A stretch of DNA of 38,682 nt from a virus (Duplodnaviria > Caudoviricetes): IMG/VR virus record IMGVR_UViG_3300037722_000992, positions 1 to 38,682 of that record; one strand, written 5' to 3'. A program made the position numbers and the translations under genes. Below the pieces are notes generated by a model. That model was not told the DNA's origin. It saw only the letters and a list, made by a program, of their open reading frames with translations, and did not search any database. Shown here in pieces: positions 1 to 8,680 of the stretch (position 1 is the first letter of the stretch; the number at the start of each line of letters is the position of its first letter).

Positions 1-19
1 TGGGCTCGACTGGATTTGA
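1..19 (-). other. Prophage att core: 3' fragment of a tRNA (probably tRNA-Val)
   Basis: Minus strand reads TCAAATCCAGTCGAGCCCA = part of T-loop, 3' T-stem, 3' acceptor strand and discriminator A; lies 90 nt from the integrase start. Confidence 0.75.
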
Positions 20-109
20 CACCCGAATATGCGGGTTTTTCAGGAGAAGCACGGACGCGCCGTGCAGGGACGCAAGCTAGGCTTGAGATACCACCTTTGA
101 CGTCCCACC

Positions 110-1009
110 ATGCCCAACGACCTTCTGGAAAAGCTCTACCGCGAACGGTATGAGCCGCTGAAACTTCGTTCCCGCCGGCCCAACACCAAGCGCCTCTACC
201 GTCACACGCTCACCGTGTTCGACCGGTTTTTGGAGCGGCCGTCGCGGAAATCCGATCTCACCAATGAGACTCTCTCCGCCTTTGCCGCGTGGATTCTCGA
301 CAACGGTGCGGCGAAGAAAACCTGCAACCGGCAACTGCTGAACCTGCTGGCGCTCTGGCGGTGGCTGCATACCAAAGGCTACGTCAAGGAATGGCCGGAC
401 GTGGAACTCGAAACGCCGCCAGTCCGCGTCCCGATCGCGCTATTGCAAGACGAGGTCGACCGCATGATGGCAGCGATCGCCGCGGAGACGCTGGCCGTCG
501 GCTCGATCGAGGCCCCCGTGTTCTGGCGGCCGCTGATGCTGGTCATCTGGGACACCGGAGAGCGCATAGGAGCCGTACTGGGGCTCACCTGGGACCGGGT
601 CGCCCTGGATGGCGGTTGGGTCCGCTTCGTCGCAGAGAGCCGCAAGGGGGCTGCTGAGGACAACCTGCTGCCGATTGCCGCCGATACCCGCGAGGCGCTG
701 GCCGAGCTACGCGCCAAGAGCCGCCGTCGCAAGGGGATTGTTTTTGAGTGGCCGTACCACCCGACCTACATCTACAACCGGCTCGGGCGGATCATGCGGC
801 GGGCCGGGCTGCCCGATACTCGAGAGTACAAGTTCCACGTGGTGCGCAAGGCCGTGGCCAGCCACTACGAGGCGGCCGGGGGCAATGCGACGGCGCTGCT
901 CAAGCACTCCAGCCGCAAGGTCACCGAGGCTTATTTGGATCCGCGCGTGGTAAAGCCGGTCGCCCCAAAAGACCTGTTATTTCGTCCAGGGCAATCAGCA
1001 GCCGGCTGA
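110..1009 (+). CDS. int: Tyrosine recombinase / phage integrase
   Basis: Catalytic set: DTGERIG (R), ESRK (K), FHVVRK (HxxR), LLKHSS...TEAY (H, Y); N-terminal core-binding domain. Confidence 0.93.
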   Translation: MPNDLLEKLYRERYEPLKLRSRRPNTKRLYRHTLTVFDRFLERPSRKSDLTNETLSAFAAWILDNGAAKKTCNRQLLNLLALWRWLHTKGYVKEWPDVELETPPVRVPIALLQDEVDRMMAAIAAETLAVGSIEAPVFWRPLMLVIWDTGERIGAVLGLTWDRVALDGGWVRFVAESRKGAAEDNLLPIAADTREALAELRAKSRRRKGIVFEWPYHPTYIYNRLGRIMRRAGLPDTREYKFHVVRKAVASHYEAAGGNATALLKHSSRKVTEAYLDPRVVKPVAPKDLLFRPGQSAAG

Positions 1010-1227
1010 CGCACCGCTGTGAGCCGCGAGCGGGGCCTCGGGGGCCGGCTAGGATTCCATCGCGGCCGGCTAGAGTCAATCGACTGATTCTATGTGACTT
1101 TCGGTGCGCAAGTCGAAAGAATATGAGGACTTACGACTTGCCGCCAAGAGTGACGCATCTATCAATTACCTATCAATAACCACTCGACTGATAGGTTCTG
1201 ACGCATCGCGCGCCAAAAATCTTTTGC

Positions 1228-1264
1228 CTAATTGGTTGACACCGTGTCAGCCGATTGGTATAAT
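1228..1264 (+). promoter_or_regulatory. Consensus sigma70 promoter with extended -10 and overlapping palindromic operator
   Basis: TTGACA 1236-1241, 17-nt spacer, TGnTATAAT with -10 at 1259-1264; dyad TGACAC-C-GTGTCA at 1237-1249, extending imperfectly to 1228-1258. Confidence 0.88.
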
Positions 1265-1324
1265 CAGGGCAGACGCGGCGAGTGAGCCGCGAACAACTGA
1301 CCGCTTTTCTCAGGAGAAAGTCAC

Positions 1325-1609
1325 ATGGCATCGAAAGAACTGAAAGCCGCGTACAACGCCTCGAACACTCGCCAAGCCATCGCCCGCGCAATTCGCGCGG
1401 AAATAGAGGACGGCGAAGAAATCTTGGACGCTGAATCGCAAGCCACGGGGCGCGTCGCCCGCGAAGGTCTGTTTGTGCCTCGTACAGGCGAGCCGACTCT
1501 CGCTGCCTGCCAATTGTCGAATGCCCGCAATCGCCGCGATGAGTCGGAAGCAATCATACGCGAACGCTGGGGCATGCCGCCGGCAGTTGGTCAATCGAAT
1601 CATCGTTAG
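1325..1609 (+). CDS. Hypothetical protein (94 aa)
   Basis: CAGGAG RBS, first ORF after the consensus promoter. Confidence 0.7.
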   Translation: MASKELKAAYNASNTRQAIARAIRAEIEDGEEILDAESQATGRVAREGLFVPRTGEPTLAACQLSNARNRRDESEAIIRERWGMPPAVGQSNHR

Positions 1610-1616
1610 TGTGCTT

Positions 1617-1785
1617 GTGCCAACGCCTAGACCGTTCTCAGGTGCTGGCAGTTGCGGATTGCTCAGTTGTTGCGGATTGCTCGCAAGAGTCTTTTCGCAA
1701 CAAGGTGACGCCGGTTCGCCGGCTAGATCCGCAGGCAACGGACGCTTAGGCGTTCGACCGACCTGGGCACGTCACGAAACTGCCC
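1617..1785 (+). ncRNA. Candidate structured RNA (multistem junction with GCAA and UUCG tetraloops)
   Basis: Nested stems 1622-1629/1747-1754, 1632-1636/1737-1741, 1653-1659/1727-1733, 1667-1674/1696-1703; GCTC-GCAA-GAGT and GCCGG-TTCG-CCGGC hairpins; intergenic. Confidence 0.6.
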
Positions 1786-1791
1786 GTTTCC

Positions 1792-1977
1792 ATGCCCGCA
1801 ACCTACCTAACCCCCGGCGAAGTCGCCCAGCGGCTCGGCATCAGCCGGCCGATGGTGATCCGGTACATGGATGAGGGTCGCATTCCGTGCGTCACAATCG
1901 CCGGCCGTCGCGTCATCGCCGAGCGGCACGCGAAAAAGCCCCAGCCACTCAAGCCGGGGCCGAAGCCGGCGAAGTGA
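1792..1977 (+). CDS. Excisionase-like HTH_17 DNA-binding protein
   Basis: YLTPGEVAQRLGISRPMVIRYMDEGRIP...IAGRRVI pattern, 61 aa, near the integrase. Confidence 0.82.
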   Translation: MPATYLTPGEVAQRLGISRPMVIRYMDEGRIPCVTIAGRRVIAERHAKKPQPLKPGPKPAK

Positions 1978-2066
1978 CGCATCCCCGCCAGCGCCTCCGC
2001 CGCCGGTAGATTTTCTTGACGCGGGCAGGGCGGGCGTTTAGGGTGGGGGGCATGGGAGGAGTCAGC

Positions 2067-2861
2067 ATGCGTGGTCTGATTGGTTCGGCTGTTCTCGCTT
2101 GGTTTCTTGCTCAAGCGGGCGATGCACGTGCGCAGGCATTTGAGTTCACCCGCGAAAACAACGCATCGTTGTCGTGGGGCCGGCAAGGATTCAAACCGAT
2201 CAACCCAAAAAAAGAATCGCAGCTGGCAATCGCCTCCGCGGAGATCGATCTCGACCTCCGCCGCCCTCGCGTCGTCGCCACCTTTGATTTGGGCGCAGCA
2301 GACCCGGCGCATTTCCTCTGCGACATCGGGATCTCCGAGGAGCTCTACAGCGTACCACGACAGCCGTCTCACCCGCAGGTTGTGATTGTTGGGAGGCAGC
2401 CGCAGAAGCCACCGCGGCGATTCGAGATTGTCGCAAGGGAGTTGCGAGTCGGCGAGCAAGCGCACATTGCATTCTCCACCGGATCGGGACGGAGCGAGCT
2501 TGTGGCTGGCTTGGTCGTCAACGCCAAAGAGCGTCGTCGTAAAATCACAATCACTTTGGAGCCGGTATTCTCGATCGCAGACCCGCCGGACAGTATTCCA
2601 CTCACCGTACAGGGCGTTGGCAAGGCCCGAATGCAGTTGGAGCGGGCGAAGCGCGGCCTTGACAGATTCGCCGACGCCGCGTCAGTCGAGCCATCCCAGC
2701 GACAGTATCTGGAAGAGGCTCGCACGCAGCGCGAAGTAATTCGCCGACAACTCACATTGATCGCCAGCGTTGGTGAGTACGCCAAGTCCATTCATGACAA
2801 TGGGTCGATCTACGTGCGCGGCTACGTCGGCAACGCAACGCTTAGCTGCGACGTGCGGTAG
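2067..2861 (+). CDS. Hypothetical exported protein (moron-like)
   Basis: GGAGGAG RBS before ATG 2067; signal peptide-like N-terminus ending A-x-A. Confidence 0.7.
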   Translation: MRGLIGSAVLAWFLAQAGDARAQAFEFTRENNASLSWGRQGFKPINPKKESQLAIASAEIDLDLRRPRVVATFDLGAADPAHFLCDIGISEELYSVPRQPSHPQVVIVGRQPQKPPRRFEIVARELRVGEQAHIAFSTGSGRSELVAGLVVNAKERRRKITITLEPVFSIADPPDSIPLTVQGVGKARMQLERAKRGLDRFADAASVEPSQRQYLEEARTQREVIRRQLTLIASVGEYAKSIHDNGSIYVRGYVGNATLSCDVR

Positions 2862-2922
2862 CACGCCACTTTCTATCGGATGGCGTTGCTCCTCGGGAAG
2901 CTATGGAGGTAGAATCGAACGC

Positions 2923-3216
2923 ATGAGCGAGCTGGACAAATTTGCCGAACCCGTCTTCGTGCCAGATGCGCCGTTCCCCGCCCGCGAGGAGTTTTCCTGC
3001 GTGGAGGCGGCGATCTGCCTTTCGATGCAACGCCTCGGCCGCAAGCTCACGGCAGAAGAGCGTGAGAAGATCGTGGCTTCTTACATCGACGATCAGCCGC
3101 AGATGCTCTATTATGATTTGAGCGGCCTCGTCTTGTGGCTCAGCCACGACGACCCACGGCTGGCAGGGAAGCTAGAACGCTGCCCCGTCGCTACGATGGA
3201 CGCCACCACTCCATGA
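2923..3216 (+). CDS. Hypothetical protein (97 aa)
   Basis: ATG 2923 preceded by GGAGG and a TTGCTC-18-TAGAAT promoter-like sequence; converges on the end of the tail operon. Confidence 0.6.
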   Translation: MSELDKFAEPVFVPDAPFPAREEFSCVEAAICLSMQRLGRKLTAEEREKIVASYIDDQPQMLYYDLSGLVLWLSHDDPRLAGKLERCPVATMDATTP

Positions 3217-3234
3217 CACGCCGGCCGAATTGGT

Positions 3235-3555
3235 TTAGCTGATTCGATCCGCGCAATCCCGGCACCACTTCACACTCTCGTCCGAAAGCGACTTCCCGCG
3301 ATTGAAGATTGTGCATCGACCATGCAAATCGCACCCCCACACGGTCACGAGCACCGTCTCGCTGCGGCATCCGCAACCGAATACCTGGATCAATTCAGCC
3401 GTCGGATCAACTAAGTGCTGGCATGGGTCCAGCCGAATCGTCGTTCGTACTCGCGCGGGCTGGCAGCGGCGGCGAACTCCATTGGGCGCTGACTTTGGCA
3501 GCGTTCGATTGCAAACCCGACACTGTCGACCAATATCGAAATCGCAAAACGTCAT
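3235..3555 (-). CDS. Small Cys-rich protein, last gene of the tail operon
   Basis: CxxC pairs (CRVC, CRDC) and CGC; ATGA overlap with the upstream gene. Confidence 0.7.
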   Translation of the reverse strand: MTFCDFDIGRQCRVCNRTLPKSAPNGVRRRCQPARVRTTIRLDPCQHLVDPTAELIQVFGCGCRSETVLVTVWGCDLHGRCTIFNRGKSLSDESVKWCRDCADRIS

Positions 3556-4040
3556 GACAGAAGCGTCGCCTGAAAGGTTCCTCCGGGGAATGGCTGCGGT
3601 GCAAATTGCGAAGCCCCGATTGCTACCTCATTGCAAGCGAAATCGATAAACGTACTGCCTGTCGTTGATCCCAGGGACTGTCCACCGGCGGCGGCGAAGC
3701 TGCCAGGGCAGGTCTGTGGAACACCCGGAACACCAGTGTGCCCCATCGAAGCCGATGCTGTAGTACCGCCTCCATCAAAGGCCAATTGAAACATCGAAAT
3801 CGCGCTCGGGGAAAACCAACGCAGAGAGCACGGCGGCTGATCACCAATCGAACATTCGTAGTCATACAAGCCTTCCTCTATTCGCGGGTCGGACCCTGTT
3901 GCCGCTTCGATGAGCACTGAACGCCCTTTTATGTCTTCCAGCGATTCAAGGCACACTGGCAACACAATCAAATCACCACACTCGATTTCGACGCCGGTGC
4001 ACAGCAGTTTTCCGTCTCTCGCAACAACTCCTTTTGCCAT
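3552..4040 (-). CDS. Hypothetical Cys-containing tail-region protein
   Basis: ATG 4040 coupled (TGATG) to the stop of the tail tip gene. Confidence 0.65.
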   Translation of the reverse strand: MAKGVVARDGKLLCTGVEIECGDLIVLPVCLESLEDIKGRSVLIEAATGSDPRIEEGLYDYECSIGDQPPCSLRWFSPSAISMFQLAFDGGGTTASASMGHTGVPGVPQTCPGSFAAAGGQSLGSTTGSTFIDFACNEVAIGASQFAPQPFPGGTFQATLLS

Positions 4041-5683
4041 CAGGAGCACCCCCCAATGCCGATCAGTACACACGTCTCGCCATCGACGCCGACGACCTTC
4101 ATGCTATCGTCGGCGTCTACTTCGGTGAATTCTTGAATCACCTCACACACGTCGTTTGTAATGGTCGAGAACTGCAGCGTCCCATCGACGGACTTCAAAA
4201 CAAATTCGCCGGTCTCCGGGATGTCGAGTGCCTTCCACACCCCATTCTCGTGCCAGATGACTTGGTGATTGGCAGTCGTGTATCCGATGAGCGTCTTGAA
4301 GTCGAAGTCGTCGTTATCGTTGACGAAGAGCTGAAACTCGGTCGCGCTGTAGCTTTGTAGCGACGCCCATCTCCAATCACCCTCAAAATGAAACAACGAC
4401 TGACAGACCGCCGTGCCGTTATAAAAGTCGGCAGTTTGCCACTTGGCGTCGTTCGGATTGGCTGCGCTGGCGAAGTGAATCCAAAACTGCTGCTTCGTGA
4501 GGTCGCGGCCAACCGCTGGGATCGCAGGGTTGCCGGTGATCATGTCGACGTGAATCACCTTCGGCCCAGTCCCAATCAGGTCGATGCAGTAGCCTTCGCT
4601 CACCGTGTCGCCCGAAACGATGATCTCCTGATCGATGATGATGTCGCCGATGATGACGGCGAATTCACCGGCGTCTTTCCATTCTGGCGGTGAGCTGGCT
4701 TCGTGGACGAGAACCTGATCGTCGCCCGCCACGTAGTTGCCGTGACCAGTGAGGTCAAATCCGGTCAGCGAAAAGAAGACATACGTCTCACCCATGATCG
4801 TGCCCGGCCCCGCGCCGAGAAACTCTACCGGGTAGAGGCCGGGGCCTGGCGGGTACGGGAACGGATTGAAGATGACCGGCGTCGTAGTGATGCCGGATCC
4901 CACGGGCAGAAAGTTGTCGAAGTCGAGCGACTCATACGCCGTGCCGCCGATGCCGTCGGGCAGCATGCGGTAGACGGTGCCTTCGACGGTGCCGGGTCCG
5001 CCGCCCGGCGGATCGCCGCTCGCCGATCCGGCCACGGTGATCTTCGCGGCGAATTCCGGAATGTGGCCGAACGGCGTTTTCATCGCCTCCCAGTCGACCG
5101 TCTCGGCAGCGACGGTCAGATCGACCGCGGTCGACTCGGCGGGCAGGTTGTCGCCCGTGCCGCCGTCAAGCGTCACGTCCTGCCCATCGACGTCCGTGAC
5201 CGTCATGCCCGTGCGCTCGTTGCCTCCGCTCCAGGCCACGTCGACGGTCTGGCCAACCAGAATCCCGTGCGGATCGTCCGTGACCGTGATGGCGGCCGTG
5301 TCGTCGTCGGTGCGTTCGGTGAGCGTGCCGTCCGGTTCGGTTTCCTCGAGCGACGCTGCGCCGGCGTTGTAGATCGCCCAGACGATGCCGCCCGCGTTGA
5401 CCGAGAGATTGGCCGGGGAGTTGACGACGCGGATGGTCGCGCCGGGATTCGAGGAGAATTGCTCCAGCGGTTTCTGGACCGTCATGCGGAACGTCGACGT
5501 GTTGGGCCGCACGTCGTCGATCGCCACACCCCGCACAATCTGGAAGTGGTCGCCGATGCCGCCGCCCCCGCCCCGATTCCGCCGGCCCCGCTTCGGCCGC
5601 GGCTGCATGCTGGCGAGCCTCCGATGGTCCTCCTTGATCTTGCGGATCGCATCGTCGTCGAATTGGTTGAGATTTAGCGCCAA
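4040..5683 (-). CDS. Putative tail tip / fibre protein
   Basis: Second gene after tape measure; acidic Gly/Thr-rich, C-terminal imperfect ~22-aa repeats. Confidence 0.65.
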   Translation of the reverse strand: MALNLNQFDDDAIRKIKEDHRRLASMQPRPKRGRRNRGGGGGIGDHFQIVRGVAIDDVRPNTSTFRMTVQKPLEQFSSNPGATIRVVNSPANLSVNAGGIVWAIYNAGAASLEETEPDGTLTERTDDDTAAITVTDDPHGILVGQTVDVAWSGGNERTGMTVTDVDGQDVTLDGGTGDNLPAESTAVDLTVAAETVDWEAMKTPFGHIPEFAAKITVAGSASGDPPGGGPGTVEGTVYRMLPDGIGGTAYESLDFDNFLPVGSGITTTPVIFNPFPYPPGPGLYPVEFLGAGPGTIMGETYVFFSLTGFDLTGHGNYVAGDDQVLVHEASSPPEWKDAGEFAVIIGDIIIDQEIIVSGDTVSEGYCIDLIGTGPKVIHVDMITGNPAIPAVGRDLTKQQFWIHFASAANPNDAKWQTADFYNGTAVCQSLFHFEGDWRWASLQSYSATEFQLFVNDNDDFDFKTLIGYTTANHQVIWHENGVWKALDIPETGEFVLKSVDGTLQFSTITNDVCEVIQEFTEVDADDSMKVVGVDGETCVLIGIGGCS

Positions 5684-5692
5684 TGGATGTTC

Positions 5693-6631
5693 CTACAATG
5701 GCATGAACGGCATGCTGTTGAAGTTGGCGGCCGGGTTGACTTGCCAATTTCCAAACAACGGTGTGCCGCCATCGGGCAGCTTCGTGCCGTCGGCCGCGAG
5801 CAGTACCGGCTCTTGCCCCACGTCCGTGTATTGCTTGTTACCATCTGCGTCTTCTACGAAGTCGCCGCCAACCTTCGTGAAGTGCAGGAAGCCTTGCTCG
5901 ACGGGGCGGCGCAGCCAAGTCGCCGGCTTCTCCGCGGGGTTGCGGATGGCGATCTCATAGACCTCGGTAAAAAACGTCGTGCCGCCTTCGGTCTCTTGTC
6001 GATGGCTGTCGACGCTGCGGCAAATCGCGGCGTGCTGCGGCACTACAAAACTGGCGTCGCCGAACACGTCCCAGGCCGATGAATTGAGAGCGCCCTCGAA
6101 TGTCGCTTGATGCGCGAGCACAATGCCGAGGTTCGCCACGTTGATCTCGACAATCGGCACGCTGCGGCGACGCTCGACTTCCACCGGGTCGTCGTAGCGC
6201 TTGTTCGCAGTATTGACAATCGGATCGCCGTTGATGTCCTGGTCGGTCAGCTCGGTGTAGACCTCGCGTGACCAGTTGACGACCGGCGGCCGGGAGAGCG
6301 GATCGACGTCGGCCAAGCCGGGATTGAAGCCTGGCTCCAAGGGCATGAAGGTCACGTCGATTTCGTACAGAAATGACGTGCGGTCGACTTGCTTGATCTT
6401 GTACTTCCGGGCGTAGCTAAAAGCGTCCGTGTCGCCAAGATACGAATAGGTGCTCCATAGGCTTGGCAACGGATGCGGGCTGGCGGAGAGTGCCTCGTTG
6501 GCCAGTGCCTTCGGACCCATTGCGCCGTCGGTCTCAACTAAGTAGCGCAGCGGGTAGACGCCGCGATTCCGATCGTCGGCATCCGCTTCGGCGATGTACT
6601 TCATCAAGGTGCAAGAAGTGACGCTGGGCAT
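5693..6631 (-). CDS. Putative distal tail / hub protein
   Basis: Directly follows tape measure, 312 aa; function from position only. Confidence 0.6.
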   Translation of the reverse strand: MPSVTSCTLMKYIAEADADDRNRGVYPLRYLVETDGAMGPKALANEALSASPHPLPSLWSTYSYLGDTDAFSYARKYKIKQVDRTSFLYEIDVTFMPLEPGFNPGLADVDPLSRPPVVNWSREVYTELTDQDINGDPIVNTANKRYDDPVEVERRRSVPIVEINVANLGIVLAHQATFEGALNSSAWDVFGDASFVVPQHAAICRSVDSHRQETEGGTTFFTEVYEIAIRNPAEKPATWLRRPVEQGFLHFTKVGGDFVEDADGNKQYTDVGQEPVLLAADGTKLPDGGTPLFGNWQVNPAANFNSMPFMPL

Positions 6632-6635
6632 GGTC

Positions 6636-8612
6636 CTACGCGATCGAGTGCATGGTTACGTTGACGTCGCCCAGCGAACCGGCGATCGGCTTCGCCTTAC
6701 CGTCGCGGATGTCCTTCAGGACTTGCAGCATTTCGCGCGAATTCTTGGCAACTTCGCTAATTGGCTCCTTGCGGTTCCGCGTCGCGTCGAACGCTTCGCG
6801 CGAACCCATTTCGGCAAAGCCCAAGTGCCGCTTGGTCGACGACGTTCTGAGCCGGTCGTCCCACTGAGTGATCATCCGCTGGATCGTGTCCTCGCCAACC
6901 AGGCCGTCTTTGAACAAGTCCATCGCCCGGCCGATCGACGCCTGCGCCTTCTCGGCGTCTGTCATCACGCTGCGGAACAAAGAGTCGGCTTCGGTTTGCA
7001 GCTTGCGGTTGTTTTCTTCCGTGATTCGTCGCTGCCGCTTGGCGGCTGCGTCCATGTTCCTGGGGCCGTCGATGAGCAGTTGCTTGAAGCCTGCCTTCGC
7101 CAAATCGTTGAATCCCTTTTCGGTCTTGTCGGCTAAGTCGGTAACTTTGACGCCGGCGGCCAAGGATTGCGAGCGGACAAAATCGAAAGCCCCGCCGATC
7201 TTCTCCAGCGCCAACTCGGTGGGCCGGAAGTTCTCTTGCTTCCTGAGGAGGGCCTCGGTTTCAGCGGCTTCTCGCTCAGCTCGCACGCCAATCGCCTTGA
7301 TGATGTGCGGCACGCTCGCCTGGATTGGGTGGAATCCGAGCTGCCGTTCGATGGCTTTCCCGGCCCCGCCGAAATTAGGATCGTTGGCCTTGACGCTGCC
7401 GAGAATGTCTTGCGACGCAGTGCGGAACTTGTCTTTCGACATTGAGTCGATGACGTTCTGCCAGGCGCTGCGGGTTTTTTTGACTGAGCTGAAGCCTTCC
7501 GTATCACCCGCAGCGATGCCTGCCGCCAGCTCCAGCGCATTGGCGACCATGCCTACCGGTTTCGGGCCCATCGCGTTGACGAGTCGCTCCCATTCGCCAC
7601 GAGTGCTGTTGAGTGCTTTCTGCAAATCGGTGAGTGACTTATTGGCGACCATCTCTGACGTGCCGCCCGCATCGCGCAACGCTGTTTCATACCCGCGAAT
7701 CTTGTCGCTGGTCCCGATCAACGATTGCGTGAACGCGATCGACTTGTCGGTGAAGCCGAGCGTGAGCAGCGTCGACTTCTTCTGCTGGTCCGACAGCCCG
7801 CCCAGTAGTCGTTCGAGGTCGCTCACGATGTCGGCCATGTTGCGCATTTCGCCTGCCGCGTCGAACACTCCGACACCAGCCGCCTGGAACGCTGCTGCGT
7901 TCCGGATCGCTTTGGTCTGCAAGTCGCGCATCACGATATTGAGTGCGTTGCCTGAGTTGGCGCCCTTGATTCCCTGGTCGGCGAACGCCGCCAATACGGC
8001 GACGCCTTCTTCGATGTCCTTGCCGACGATCTTCAGCGCAGACCCTGCTTTGTTGGTGAGAGACTCGCTGAACTGTTGCACCGAAGCATTCGCCAAAGTG
8101 TTCGCTTTCACGAGCACGTCGGACACCCGATTCATGCCTTCGAGGTGCTTGGTCGTGTCCTTCGAGGCGATTCCCAGAGCGGACTGAGCATCGGTCACGA
8201 GATCGGTAGCCAACGCGAGATCGAAGTTACCGGCCTGGGCGAACTTGGCCACGATCGGCATCGACTTGAGGGATTGCTCGGCATTGAGGCCAGCCGACGC
8301 CAAGAAGAAATACGCTTCGCCGGCTTGGTGGGCGGCGAACTGTGTGTTCTTGGACACGTCGAGTGCCGCGTCGACCATGTCGAGCCGCATCTCCTGGGAG
8401 ACGTTGCCCATGATGGCCAGCGAGCGGGTCATCGTGCGATTGAGCCGCTCGTAGCTCTCGACCGTCTTTCCGATGGCCGCCACGGCTGCGCCGGCCGCCA
8501 CCATCGACCCGACCGAGAAACCACGCACCGCTATGCGGCCTTTGTTCAGACCGCGGACCAGCGGCCCCGTATTGGCGACCACATTTACCGCTAATGATCC
8601 AATGGTGGCCAT
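6636..8612 (-). CDS. Tail tape measure protein (TP901-family core)
   Basis: MATIGSLAVNVVANT N-terminus; FAAHQAGEAYFFLASAGL, ANASVQQFSESL and FDAAGEMR motifs; Ala-rich helical. Confidence 0.93.
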   Translation of the reverse strand: MATIGSLAVNVVANTGPLVRGLNKGRIAVRGFSVGSMVAAGAAVAAIGKTVESYERLNRTMTRSLAIMGNVSQEMRLDMVDAALDVSKNTQFAAHQAGEAYFFLASAGLNAEQSLKSMPIVAKFAQAGNFDLALATDLVTDAQSALGIASKDTTKHLEGMNRVSDVLVKANTLANASVQQFSESLTNKAGSALKIVGKDIEEGVAVLAAFADQGIKGANSGNALNIVMRDLQTKAIRNAAAFQAAGVGVFDAAGEMRNMADIVSDLERLLGGLSDQQKKSTLLTLGFTDKSIAFTQSLIGTSDKIRGYETALRDAGGTSEMVANKSLTDLQKALNSTRGEWERLVNAMGPKPVGMVANALELAAGIAAGDTEGFSSVKKTRSAWQNVIDSMSKDKFRTASQDILGSVKANDPNFGGAGKAIERQLGFHPIQASVPHIIKAIGVRAEREAAETEALLRKQENFRPTELALEKIGGAFDFVRSQSLAAGVKVTDLADKTEKGFNDLAKAGFKQLLIDGPRNMDAAAKRQRRITEENNRKLQTEADSLFRSVMTDAEKAQASIGRAMDLFKDGLVGEDTIQRMITQWDDRLRTSSTKRHLGFAEMGSREAFDATRNRKEPISEVAKNSREMLQVLKDIRDGKAKPIAGSLGDVNVTMHSIA

Positions 8613-8680
8613 AAGTGACTTGCTGGATTGCGGTTAGAAAATAGTTGTGTGGCCCGTCGCCGCGTGACTACGATGGGTGA

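Noticed and set aside
1-25. tmRNA 5' end (GGGCTCGACTGGATTTGAC resembles an ssrA start)
   Set aside because: No tag reading frame or tmRNA body follows; the reverse complement fits a tRNA 3' end better
1617-1785. Known riboswitch or hammerhead ribozyme
   Set aside because: No CUGANGA/GAAA hammerhead core or recognisable TPP, SAM, FMN, cobalamin or glycine consensus; kept as an unknown RNA candidate
3235-5683. Diversity-generating retroelement target
   Set aside because: No reverse transcriptase and no TR/VR pair differing at adenines seen in the window
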